Assembly: GCA_002189035.1 (NCBI GenBank)
Contig: NEEC01000012.1
Span: 3,038,001-3,102,000, forward strand
Direction: 5' to 3'
DNA from: Utricularia gibba
Lineage: Eukaryota > Plantae > Magnoliophyta
Length of the DNA: 64,000 bases
Of the stretch, positions 26,788 to 38,491 are shown one piece after another. Below the pieces are notes generated by a model. The model saw only the letters and a list, made by a program, of their open reading frames with translations. It was not told the DNA's origin and did no database searches. A program made the position numbers and the translations under genes. Position 1 is the stretch's first letter. Each line of letters opens with the position of its first letter.

Positions 26788-28873
26788 AGGTCAACCAACC
26801 AGCGGAAAAGTCCGGAGGAGCACGTAGGGGAGAGAGAATATTCCGGGCAATTAATGAATATCTCGTTTTCCTGGGATGTCCGCATAAATTATGTGAATAC
26901 ACGAGCCGTTTGATGTGGATTATTTACCGGTCGAATACATTGTTACAAATTACAATTCCACCCCCAAATCACAATTTATTTTCATACCCTCACACTATCG
27001 ACAAAACCAATTACTTACCGATTCTCAAATGATTTTTGAAGATACTCTGGTAGACAAAACATAGAACCGGGTCGCCCTAAGGTTGAAACTTTGATCTACC
27101 ACCCACAAAAGTCACCTATTTATACCATAGCCCCTGGCCACGGCCCATTTGCAATATTAAATAATTATGACGTACTGAATATTAAAAAAATATTTGTCGA
27201 TGTTTATCCCACCATGCCACCGAGGTGACCGATACATGGCCGGTGGCCAAACGCCGTCGTTTTCGCCGACTCCGGCAGGCGCAGCCGCTAGAGACAAAAG
27301 AACAAGGGGTCCATTTTGTAATATAAAAATAATAGGAGTATTAAATGCTCAACTATCTCCATTTTTTTTCATTTCATTAAATTTTTGAATCCTTATCTAA
27401 AGATATGGGATGTATGCGGGTGTCGTTAAAATCTCCACATTACAAAATTAGCCAATCAAAATCAGCCATTCCAAAATATATATAATCATTTAAATTAATT
27501 TATTAATTGAATTTTTATTTTTCAATAATCGCTTAATGATATTTTTCAATAAGTAAAATGTTTAAATAGAAAGATTATTATAATTTTATATATGATTTTT
27601 TCTTTAAAAAATGAAAATATAAAATTATGAGGATTGAGTGTGTGAATTAAATAATATCATATAAATAGAGTATAGATCGCGATAACATAATTAAAAGTAA
27701 AAGTGATTATTTAATGATTTTCTAAAAGTATACACGTATTCAGATTTTAACTTTTTTAAACTATAAATTGTTTGTATTTAATGATAAAATTAATTTATGA
27801 TTGTTTTTATATAAATATTTTCAAATATCTTTTTTGTAATATCATATTTTGAAGGTGCATAACCTTTTATTTAACGGATTTATTCTCGATTTCTTATTTT
27901 CGCAATTCCATAGTTTTTATTTAATTAGGACTTAAGTGTTCGTATAACTATTTTTTTACCCAATTTTTTGGTGTCTACAAAAATAGGGAGGAAAATAAAT
28001 GATTTGATGAGGTATGGAAAACTGCACTTTGTTGATAGGATTCACATTGCAACTTGGAGAGGAGTTTCAACTCCATCATTTAAACCCCTATTACGAACAA
28101 AAGGAATGTCTACGTGCATTGGGGGCATTTTTTTCCAATACGTATACTTGGAAACACACCTATCACATAACTATGTGGAATACATAACGAACACTCGACA
28201 GTGTCAACTTACGAAATTTGTATTCGTATTATGGATAGGAATCAAACGAACTTTTACCCCTTTTATTGTCGTTGAACTCATCTTTATTGAAATTAATGAT
28301 CTAATAGATCTGACGAATATATGTGAAGTTATAGTACATATGAAATATAGATTATATTAAAATAAATTAAATTAAATTATTTACTATTAATCTGTAATTT
28401 TTTATATACTTGATTATCTTAATTTCATTTACGGATATGATCATGTTTGTTTTAATAATTTTAGTGCACCACCTCATGAATGTATTGCATAATCAAACTA
28501 TCCATTGGACAATGTCCTCCACTTGGAACGACATAATAGGGTTGGAGGATGCGGAGTAGATTTATGTTTGGAATTTGAAAAAATACAATAAAAACAGTTT
28601 TTATCATCAAATATGATACAAAAAATTTAGAAATATTTTTTATTTTATTAAAATCATAAAAATGAGTTCAGGGCATTAATTAGTGAACTTAGGCACTTAA
28701 TTATATGCTGCAATTATTAATTAATCAGCATCATCTTCTTGATATATTCAACACATGCCTCCCTTAGTCAATTATAAAATTATTTATTTATTTGCAATCT
28801 TGGAAAAATCCAATATATTCCTCATTTTTATAAATGTAAACCCTCCCTTGCTCTCGCTTTGCATCACCGCAGG

Positions 28874-29408
28874 ATGGAGAATCAGGATGAGTTCTCGGCT
28901 CTGGAGTTCATCCGCCACCACCTCCTCGAGGATTTTCCGGCGGCGGAGTCCTTCTTCGGGAGCCTCGCCGCTCTGAATCCGAGCTTGTTCGAAGACAATT
29001 CCAATTCGCCGTGGAGCCTTACGGGGGAAACGGCGGTTACCAGGCACCAGGGGGGTTCGAATCCGAAGCAGGAGGCGGTGGAGCTCCCCCTCAGCCGCCG
29101 CGCGTGAAATCGGAGGCTGAATGCGAGCTGATGGTTCCGATGAATGGGAGGCGGCATTACAGGGGGTGAGGCGGCGGCCGTGGGGGAAGTACGCGGCGGA
29201 GATACGGGACCCGCTGAGGAAAGGGAGTAGGGTTTGGCTTGGGACCTACGATACGGACGTCGACGCCGCCAGGGCCTACGACTGCGCCGCCTTCAAGATG
29301 AGGGGAGCTAAGGCTATTCTCAACTTCCCGATGGATGCGGGCAAGTACGGCCCGCCGGCAAACGTCGGAAGGAGGAAGAGGGGCAACCATGTAGTGACAA
29401 CAAATTAA
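28874..29408 (+). CDS. AP2/ERF transcription factor, ERF106/ERF107 (DEWAX)-like, intronless; two apparent 1-nt frameshifts
   Basis: [13 protein letters not shown]; RRHY[fs][63 protein letters not shown]; frames join at G6 29050-29055 or C5 29086-29090, and at G5 29162-29166. Confidence 0.88.
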
Positions 29409-30899
29409 GTGGTGTATGTTTCGGAATTGATTTAAATTTCGTGATAGAAACTTGAAAAAAGCTCCAATTTACAATAAGTTGGCTAAGAACTTGTACTTTG
29501 CCATCATCATTTGTATCTTGTGATGTCTAGTTTTATTGTTAATAAATTTGTATCAAATATCAATATCTACTTCAAACATTTGTTTTTTTTTTCGATTCGT
29601 ACGTTTTTTCATTCTAGAAAAAAATATTGTATAAGAGTAGAGATATTTTCATTTTAATTACCATTTCTCCTTCGAATGATATAATATATATAAATTGATT
29701 TTATAAAATTTAAATAATATTTATTTTCAAAATACTACGAGACAACATTTTTTAAATTTAGATTTTTTTTGCTCCAATTTAAAATTCAATATTTTTATGA
29801 ATTTAGATGATTGTTTCGGAATAGAAATAATTAGAAATGGAAAATCTTTTAAATGCATAAATTTAAAATAATATATTCATGATTTTAATTTGCTTCTTTA
29901 TCAAACTTTAGTAACAATATCTTATATTGACTATGAATAAAAAAAGATACTTAAATTTATAGATTATATTAATCTTAGATGAGATTTTTTTCTAAAAAAA
30001 TATAATTTTTTACACAGGATATAATATTATATAAAAAAATATGTATTGTATTATTTGACATCATAACCAAATCCAAACATATGATAATGATGGAATGAGA
30101 AAACTTAACGAGGATGAAAGAGAATGTAACATTAGAAGACTAATAACGATATTATATATTGGTTATGGATGTATGAGGTAAATTAATTAAATAATCTTAT
30201 AAAATTGTAATAATTAAATAACTAAAATAGATAATATATTAGAAAGATAGTGTGAGTGATAAGAAGTGGCGGACAGTATGGCTACTCGGGTTGGGGAATT
30301 TGTCTTTTCTTGGGCCCACATTTGTAACCCATGGGGTCCACTGATATGACTAACGGCTACTGTGCCGTTGCTGCAAGAGTCTCAGAGATGTGCTGCTAAA
30401 ACCAGAACTCCGCGAAGCTCTTGAAGAGGACTGTGTTTGTCCCGCCACCGTCAAGGAAAAAGGGGATTCTTGGTGTTACTGAGATTCGTATTGCCGGCGA
30501 GTCTTGTATTCGAGTGCTGCACTTGGTCTTCGTAGGAAGCTCCCTCCTTTCAATCCAGTGCTTTCTTTGTGTTTCTACAAAGGAAGGAAACTGAAGGTGA
30601 GAGTTTAATCCTCCATAGAGAGGCTAGAGATCAGCAAGAAGGCCACGATGTACTTCATATCCTCCTACTTTGGTGAGGAAGAAGAAGAGACAGTTCCAGA
30701 CCTTGAAGAATTTGGTTGAAAACGATTTAGTGATTTTCACTTTCGGGTTTCAGCTGATTATCTTCTTTTCCTTCCAGATAGCAAGAAGGGTGAGAAGTGT
30801 CATTGTTTCGTATTCATGTAGCTCTAATATCTACTGGAGATACATTGTTAGAGGTATAAGATTTTGGATATTCATTAGGCACACAATATACTCCAACTG

Positions 30900-31320
30900 A
30901 GATATCAGTTGAAAAGAACACACCTAGTCAAAGTAGCAAACAAGTTGTTCTGCCAAAACGCAGAAGGATTGCTAAAGTGAGCAATAGTAATCGAATTGCT
31001 GAATCATCTGAGATAATGGCTGCAGCTTCAACAAAAGTGGGGTTGGAGAGCTTAGAGTCTTTAAAATAATCTATTGGAAAATGCATTAAGATGTTAGATG
31101 CCACAGATACTATTGTCAAAGGAGGGCAAACTTATTTGCATGATTTGAAGATGTTCAAGAATCGCCAAAATTGAGAGATTTTTATGTTTTTGAAGGATCC
31201 ATATATTCAAAAAGATTACATTGAGGGCGACATTTTGGATTCACTTCGTATATGTAGTAGTGGGAATACCGGTTTATCTGCTTCAAGATCTGATGCTACA
31301 TCCCCAAAAAAATGCAAAGG
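30900..31320 (+). pseudogene. Harbinger ORF1 (Myb/SANT-like DNA-binding protein) C-terminal remnant
   Basis: ..LPKRRRIAKVS..LK*SIGKCIKMLDATDTIVKGGQTYLHDLKMFKNRQN*EIFMFLKDP resembles the SIxxCIxxL..GG.LY.FAL..F....REMF motif of plant Harbinger ORF1 / At2g29880-type proteins; two stops. Confidence 0.55.
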
Positions 31321-31566
31321 TATTTACATTGTTATTTAATTAAAATATATTATTTAAATTATTAACATTTGGTTTTTTATGCAGATTAGGAAATCATCAA
31401 CATTATCAACATCAACGTTGGATGTTATTTTTAAGGGAAAATCATATTTTTATTGTATGACATTTGCCAAAAGTTGATTCTAAAATGCATCACATTTAAA
31501 GTTGTATGATATACATTTGGAGGATACATTTTCCTCAAAATTGTAAGGATTGAGTGCTGCAAAAAT

Positions 31567-31730
31567 AAACCATGCTCGTGTGGCCTAAATCATCAATGGC
31601 GTTCGATCCCTACATGCGATAAGGATCGAGCGCTGCAGAACTACAAGTAAACCACGCCCGTGTGGCCTAAATCATAAATGACGCTCGATCCTTACATGCG
31701 ATAAGGATCAAGCGCCGCAGAACCCACGTC
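31567..31730 (+). repeat. 82-bp tandem repeat (2 copies), each with a 14-bp-stem hairpin
   Basis: Units start at 31567 and 31649; consensus core gcgctcgatcctta-catgcga-taaggatcgagcgc is an inverted repeat with a 7-nt loop. Confidence 0.9.
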
Positions 31731-32033
31731 CGTAGGCCTTGTCATGCTGCCTTTTCATGTTGAGTACACGGACGTACGTGGTTATGTAACCCACGTCCGT
31801 GTGAGTTGCTGGGTTAATTGTGTTTAATTATAATTTGTATTTAAATCAACTAATATAATTTAAATAATTAAAACATCAATACTTCGTTTTTGTATATTTA
31901 ATTCATAAGAATTTACAATTATAAATTTTAAATATATTTTGTTTGTGTATTAATGAATATCTCTGTAAAAAAATACTCATATGTGGATACTACTATTCAA
32001 TGCTTTTGTCCTGAATAGGTGGGTACACTGCCT

Positions 32034-32203
32034 TGTCTCGGGATTGATGAAAACATTGGGATTCAAACTAGCACACATAGAGATTTGAGAAAACACAGAG
32101 TCATTGTCAATGTGCTCCTCCAATGACATTTCAACAATTTATGTCTCGGGATTGATGAAAACATTGGAATTCTAATTAGCACACATAGAGATTTCAGAAA
32201 ACA
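32034..32203 (+). repeat. About 62-bp direct repeat, period 108 bp, upstream of the transposase
   Basis: tgtctcgggattgatgaaaacattgg..tagcacacatagagattt.agaaaaca at 32034 and 32142. Confidence 0.9.
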
Positions 32204-32227
32204 AATTTTTTTGTTATATAATCACAC

Positions 32228-33424
32228 ATGGAGATTGAGAGTACTTACATCTCTTTGCTTTCAATGACGTCTTTCTTTAACAATGCATTGTTTCATGATT
32301 CTTCTGATGATGATGAGGAGAGCAAGGAAGCTCGACAATGTGCAGAGTTCATCAACGTTCAAATGGCTCAATTAAAGCTTCTTAGAGATTATCACGAGCA
32401 CTTTCTTGTGAAGCAACCAATGTATGATTGAGAAACTAGTGGATGGTCTTTATTGCTATCAATATTGAATGCCCACGACACTCGTGCATATAATGAGTTG
32501 CGAATGCATAGCCGTGTGTTCTTACGATTTTGTGAGATGCTTGTGGATAATTATGGGCTATCCAAAAGGAAATTTGTGCCTGTAGAAGAAGAGGTCGCTA
32601 TTTTCTTGAGAAGGGTGGGCAAAGGAGAAGATTATTCTAGTTTACAAGAATTCTTTGGTCGTGGGAGAAATACTATTCATAGTGCTTTCCACAATGTTTT
32701 GAAAGCAGTTAATCGGATGGCAGTGGAGTGGATTACGCCGAAACACAGTAACACAAAGATTCATCCTTTTTTCATAAATAATGCCAGGTATTCTTACTTT
32801 AGTAACTATATTGATGACATAGATGGAACTCATATCAAAGCATGTGTTCCTGAAGTTGAAAGGGTGCGATACATTGGACGTAAGGGTTATCCTATCCAAA
32901 ACATACTTGCTGTTTGTGATTTCGATATGCATTTCACTTATGTTATAGCTGGCTATGAAGGAATTACTCATGACAGTAGAATTCTTAGAGATTGCATTAA
33001 TGAGAAATGTCTCCGCTTTCTGACAATACCCCCAGGTAAGTACTATGTGGTAGATGCTGGATTTGTCAACACCACTGGATTTATGACACCTTATCGTCTT
33101 GAGCAATATCACCTACCGGATTTTCAACGTAGAACAACTAGAGGATACAAAAATTCATGAGAATACTTCAATCACAAACATTCTTCACTTCGAAATGTAA
33201 TCGAGAGATCATTTGGAGTATGTAAGAAAAGATTTCATATGGTGAATGATGTACCAACAAATATGAAATTTAAGCACCAAATGAGATTAGTAGTAGCTAC
33301 AATGGCTATACACAATTGGCTACGTCATGTGAATGCTGAAGATGATGGCGCTCGTCTCTCGGAATATGAAGGTGCAAGTAGTGATATGCCTAATAATAGT
33401 GAGTTAGAAGAAGAGGAAGAATAA
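32228..33424 (+). pseudogene. PIF/Harbinger transposase (HARBI1-like DDE nuclease) with nonsense mutations
   Basis: LRMHSRVFLRFCEML..VPVEEEVAIFL; IDGTHIK; GRKGYPIQNILAVCDFDMHFTYVIAGYEGITHDSRIL; GKYYVVDAGF; FNHKHSSLRNVIERSFGVCKKRF; in-frame TGA at 32429-32431 and 33158-33160. Confidence 0.9.
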
Positions 33425-33899
33425 GATGATGAAAGTGAAAATCATAAATCTGACCAGTTTATGGATACTCTTCATGATTCTATTGCAAATCAGTTATGGG
33501 CCACTTATCGAGGAGGAATGTAATGTAATGCTTTTATTTATCGCCTTTTCAATTTTATGCACTATGCTTTGATAATTTCTTTTTAAGATTATTTACAATG
33601 AGCATGTATTAATATAACATAATAAAATATTATAATAATCAAAGGTATATAGGTAATTTAAAATATTACTATTATTTATATAAAGTCTATTTTTACAATT
33701 TAACTTCTACTTATTAATAATTTCAAATAGACTACTTCTACTTATTGTGTATCTACTTGTACAATAACTTCTACTTGTGAATTAAGTAAAAGTTATTGAA
33801 TAAGTTGCATAGACTACACCCTAATTGTTATCATTTGGTAAATCATGGCGCCTTTGCATTGTCGTCCATCAAGAATATTGCTTTTGAAACCTGATCGAA

Positions 33900-34600
33900 A
33901 CGTGAGTCAAGATGGTGCACGCAAAACAGTGAGACACAACATCAAAACTACACATTTTTGTTCTTGTCCCTAGGCTCCCATGAAGCATGTTTACCCATTT
34001 AAGAGATGATAGTGGCCACTTTTCTAAATCACCTCACAAATAGGTGACCATAGAAGACCATCCATACACAGCCTGGAAAGCATCCTCTGTTCATACTTGT
34101 CGTCACGGGGGGTACTGAAAAGCATGATTGATGATCTCATGCGTGGGGGTGTTTCTCGTGTGGAGCCTGAAGCTGACAAGTACATGTACCAGTCCTTCTG
34201 ATCTATAAATGCGCTACTGCTCTCTTTAATCGAATTCATTCGTATGAGCTCATTTATGAGTTTCATAATGCTGTCAGTTTTTGCACTTCTTCTTGTTGTT
34301 GAAATTTGTGTCCTCTGTGATAATCCCCACTATCGAATATGAATGACCAGGACTTCGATCTCGGGAGGTCGACACATCGCCAGATCGTCTTCTTCCTTGG
34401 TGAATTCGTTTATCAGTGATCTAACTTGGCTCTTTTCCCAGGTAGGGACCGGGGGCGTAAGCCTTAAACTTCATTCTGCAACAAGACACATACTTTCCAG
34501 ATGCATGTGTAAAGATTGCTTGCCATGAATACGTGGATCTGGGAATCCATGCCTGTGCCGTTTCCCATTCAGAACTTTGCTCATTGATTCCATGCCACCA
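33900..34600 (-). pseudogene. Unidentified degenerate coding-like segment
   Basis: A nearly continuous minus-strand frame (MESMSKVLNGKRHRHG..AE*SLRLTPP..IR*WGL..MKLINELIRMNSIK..CEVI*) broken by single stops; family not recognised. Confidence 0.3.
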
Positions 34601-34971
34601 AGATTGAAACTTGAAAAGGGGTGTGGGAAACGAGAACGGGATAACTGAGATTCTTTTCTTAATGACGATTTCCATGCTTTTTAATTTATATTCTTGATTC
34701 GAAGAAAGGATTTTTTAACGAAGCACAGCAGCGCAGCGCAGAATATAAAGAATATTTTTGGCCTAATTCGTAACCAGCTTACCACAAGAAAATATTGTAA
34801 AAAAAAGCAAAAAAAGGAAACCCATTCTTCAAATACAAAAACACCGGTACCGGGCGTTGAATGTTCGTTAGCAACCGATTCCTTACAAATTTTTGCGTGT
34901 TAGATTAATCACTGTTTTTGTGCATCTGGGTTGACAAGAACAAGGAAGAGGAGCATCAGGAAAAAGAGGAA

Positions 34972-37900
34972 ATGAAACGAGATAAAGGGGTGGCCGTGGA
35001 AAACCATGAAGATGGAGGAGGAAGAAGAGGAACTTCTTTGCCCTTCTCCACTCGTAACGCCTCCTCAAAATACGATTTTGTCAAGGTTCTGATTCCTTTT
35101 TTGTTCTATCTGTTTTCATATTCTTACCGAACATAGATCTCACTCCTGTGTTCGGATTCGATTTTGTTTCAGGTAAAGGTATGGTTAGGTGATAATGCCG
35201 ACCACTACTACGTGCTTTCCCGGTTCTTGCTCAGCAGAATGCTCACTGTCACCAAGGTTGGATTTTTATATCTCCCCTTTATTGTGTTTTCTCCTCCTCA
35301 AAGTTCCCATAAATAGAAAGGATGATTTGCAATGTTTTTCTTTTCAGATTCCGAATCATGTGGCTATTAAGATTGCTCTTGAACTGAAGAAGCTTCTTAT
35401 CGATAATAGCCTTCTCGATGTGTATGCTTATTCTTGATTCCAGTGTCTTTGGTTTACGCATTTTTGGATCACCTGTTGCATGCTTAAATTGCCAATTTGC
35501 AGCTCTCAGTCTGACCTTGAAGCCAATCTGTTCAAGGTATGCATACATGTGAATCATGTGATGCTGTTTGATTTTGTATTCGGAAAAGCTTTAGATTTTA
35601 AACAAGTGAGGGTGAACAATTATTTTCAGCTCATGGAGAGGCGAGGTTACGGTGAAGAATATATAAACAGATACAAAATGATGACAAGGTGTAGCTTTTC
35701 TTCAATTTTGGTGTTTGTGTCATGAAGAAGCTCATTTCTGATGCACAACTGCAGCTATTTATCAGTTGATCACCATTTATATCCATCCTTTTTCCTGTCA
35801 TCAGATTTCACCACCAAAGAGTACCATTGGTTATTCTTGTATGCGGTACTGCATGCGTGGGGAAGTCGACAATTGCTACACAACTTGCTCAAAGACTGAA
35901 CCTACCAAATGTCCTACAGGTATTCTGCACTTCTGGTTATAGAAGTATCCCTTATAATCAGAAAGTTCTTCGCTGATACATCAAATACTTCTCTCACTGA
36001 CTGAGCTTATTGCCATGATGCTTCAGACGGATATGGTGTATGAATTATTGCGCACGTCCACAGAGTATGCCTCTTTGTTTTCCAGGAAGATGCTTGTTTT
36101 TCTTTTTGTTAGTATTCACTTAGTTTTGTTTGCTGCATATTGCACTTAATGCTCTTCATAATATCAAATTGACTTGAAGCTAGCCATTGTGTCCATTGAT
36201 TTCAATGAGATGAATTTCATGATGATGGCTTGACTTTGTGCACCTACATGGGGTTGAGATTCATGCATGTGCATCGACTAAGCATATATAAGTATCATGA
36301 ATGGATATTTCTCTCGTTTTTATTTGTTTGTTGTACATGATAAACACCTCTGGATATCCTATAAAAATTTACAGTGCTCCCCTAGCTTCTTCTCCTGTCT
36401 GGGCACGAGAGTTCAGCTCCTCTGAGGAGTTAATAACAGAATTTTGCAGAGAATGCCGAATTGTCCGCAAAGGTAGTGCAACAAATCCATCTCTTATTTT
36501 CTTTGACATTTTGAGACTCCTGAAGTATTTCAAGGACTCTGATGAGCAAAGCTTTTAAATTTCATCTAAAAAGGTTTGGCTGGGGACTTAAAGAAAGCAA
36601 TGAAAGATGGGAAACCTATCATTATTGAGGTAATTTTGTTGTAGAGCTGCATATCTGAGATCGTCAGTTGATCTATGTAGCTGCTGCTGAAGCCCATTTT
36701 GAAGAAAAAAAAGTCTTCCATGGAAAAATGCTTATTACTTTTGTGGATGGTGTAGCCTTTCACATCATTAGATTTGCATGTGCAAAGAGTTGTTGTTGAT
36801 AAAATAACAGGAACACAACAAAAGTTTTTATGTTACTCCGAGGATCCAGCTTTTGAGAATACAGAAAGGAGTCATTGCCATCATCTTTAGTTTATTCATT
36901 TTTTTTTCGAATTTGTGCAGGGCATGCATTTGGATCCTAGTATATACAGAATGGATGAGGAAAGCCAGTCATCTGGTAACACACCATCAAAAGATGAAGA
37001 CAAGAAACCACTGAAAAGAACTGAAAATGAAGGCTCAGCTGAAAATAACCTTCCCATCCCATGTGCTGTTCCTGAAAATGAAACTGCATGTTTTCTTGCT
37101 GAAGAGTCAGGTGAAACTCCATCAGCCGTGGACATGGTTTCTGCTACGTCACAAGCTAAGGATGCTGGTGATCCTCCAGTTCATGAATTCAAAGGTGTGT
37201 AGTACTCTGGCTTGCAGTGCTTATCTTGCTTCTGAGATGTCGATATGCATATAGGCGAACCAGCAAAGGATTTTGATTCAGTTACGACATCTGCAATCAA
37301 AAAACCAAAATCTGGACCTGAACCAATAATAGTTCCCATAATCCTGAAGATGGCTGATTTTGATCACAAGGTGAAAATTTTCTTCTCCCTTTCATTTCCC
37401 ACATCGGTAGGCATCTTCCCTATCATATCACCAGATGATAAGCATACCATACTTCAACCAGAAAACAAACTGACATCGTTTCTAACATGGTTTGTATTAA
37501 CTTTTCACAGGCTTTGCTAGAAGAGTGGTTATCCTCTCGGCGTAGTGAAAAGTTCCCAGTTCAGGTCTTTCAGGGTGCCATTTTTCTGTTTGAATGCATG
37601 CAACCATATCCCATATCTTCCCCCTTTCAGGACAAGGATAAGTTGGCTGGCAATCTGAAAACAATCCAGGACTACCTCTGTTCATTCAAGCCCCAGGTAT
37701 CAACAAGCTCATCCTTTCCCCATTTTCTCAGCACCCTCATCCTTTTCCATTCCTTCCTGCTACTGCCTGAAGGGTTACACAGTCGTGAACATATCAGCCA
37801 CGACGTTCCCCCAAACCTTGGACTGGCTGCACAATCATCTTCTTCAGGTAGCCTTCTCAAACACCATTCTGCTGCTCTGGTTGTTAATGGGAGTTTTTAC

Positions 37901-38004
37901 TTCTTTGCATCTCAACTGTGGTGCCTGTGCTGTAGCGTATCGAACAGGGCACCTCCTCTGTTTCCGCCGGCGCCGGCAGCCACGCACAGAATCAAGCATC
38001 GTAG
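34972..38004 (+). CDS. P-loop NTPase, 2-phosphoglycerate kinase-related (At5g61450-type), multi-exon
   Basis: RNASSKYDFVK|VKVWLGDNADHYYVLSRFLLSRMLTVTK|IPNHVAIKIALELKKLL; Walker A CGTACVGKST; EFSSSEELITEFCRECRIVRK|GLAGDLKKAMKDGKPIIIE; NISATTFPQTLDWLH. Confidence 0.92.
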
Positions 38005-38491
38005 CACACAGTTCCCTTCCATGGCGGGGAGCTAGGGCAGGCTCTTTCTATTGTATTACATGTGCATTTTACCCTGAAAGTGGGTTGGTAATTTTATTTA
38101 TTGTTTAATGTATTATTAATTAAATTATCAATATATTCTTAAATTTTTTTTTTGAAAAAATATGAATGAATTATCTTCTAAAAGAAATAAAAAATTTAAA
38201 TTTGGTTATTGTTTTAAAATATTAGTTTTTATTCTATCAAAGTTAAATATAATTTTCGAAAAATCCTATCAAATGGAACATTGGTAAAATCAATTATTGA
38301 TTAATTAATAATTTTCAGATTGGGTTATACGCAATAATTGAGTGGGTTATTTTTTATTTTCATAATATTCCGATTAAAAATGAATCATTAAATAATGTAA
38401 TCAGTTCGTTTATCATACTTACGGGAGACAAGATGAGAGTCCCGTTGGGAAGTATTTGTGAAACACGTAACGGCTAGTTGTGGGCGACGGG

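Larger units (their letters stand above)
30900..33480 (+). mobile_element. Decayed PIF/Harbinger DNA transposon (ORF1 remnant plus DDE transposase); termini not defined
   Basis: Co-oriented ORF1-like C-terminal remnant at about 30900-31320 and HARBI1/DDE_Tnp_4-like transposase at 32228-33424, both with in-frame stops; AT-rich flanks. Confidence 0.8.

Noticed and set aside
27968-28360. 130-codon ORF in AT-rich DNA between the ERFs
   Set aside because: Starts at a non-ATG codon, has no recognisable motif; a faint MuDR-like impression on the minus strand could not be supported.
31567-31730. CRISPR-like interpretation of the palindromic repeat
   Set aside because: Only two contiguous copies without unique spacers, in a plant nuclear context with no cas genes.
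29406-33823. Candidate Harbinger termini: TAA-gtggtgta at 29406 and tacaccc-TAA near 33815
   Set aside because: Only about 6 bp of inverted match; too weak to define TIR/TSD boundaries.
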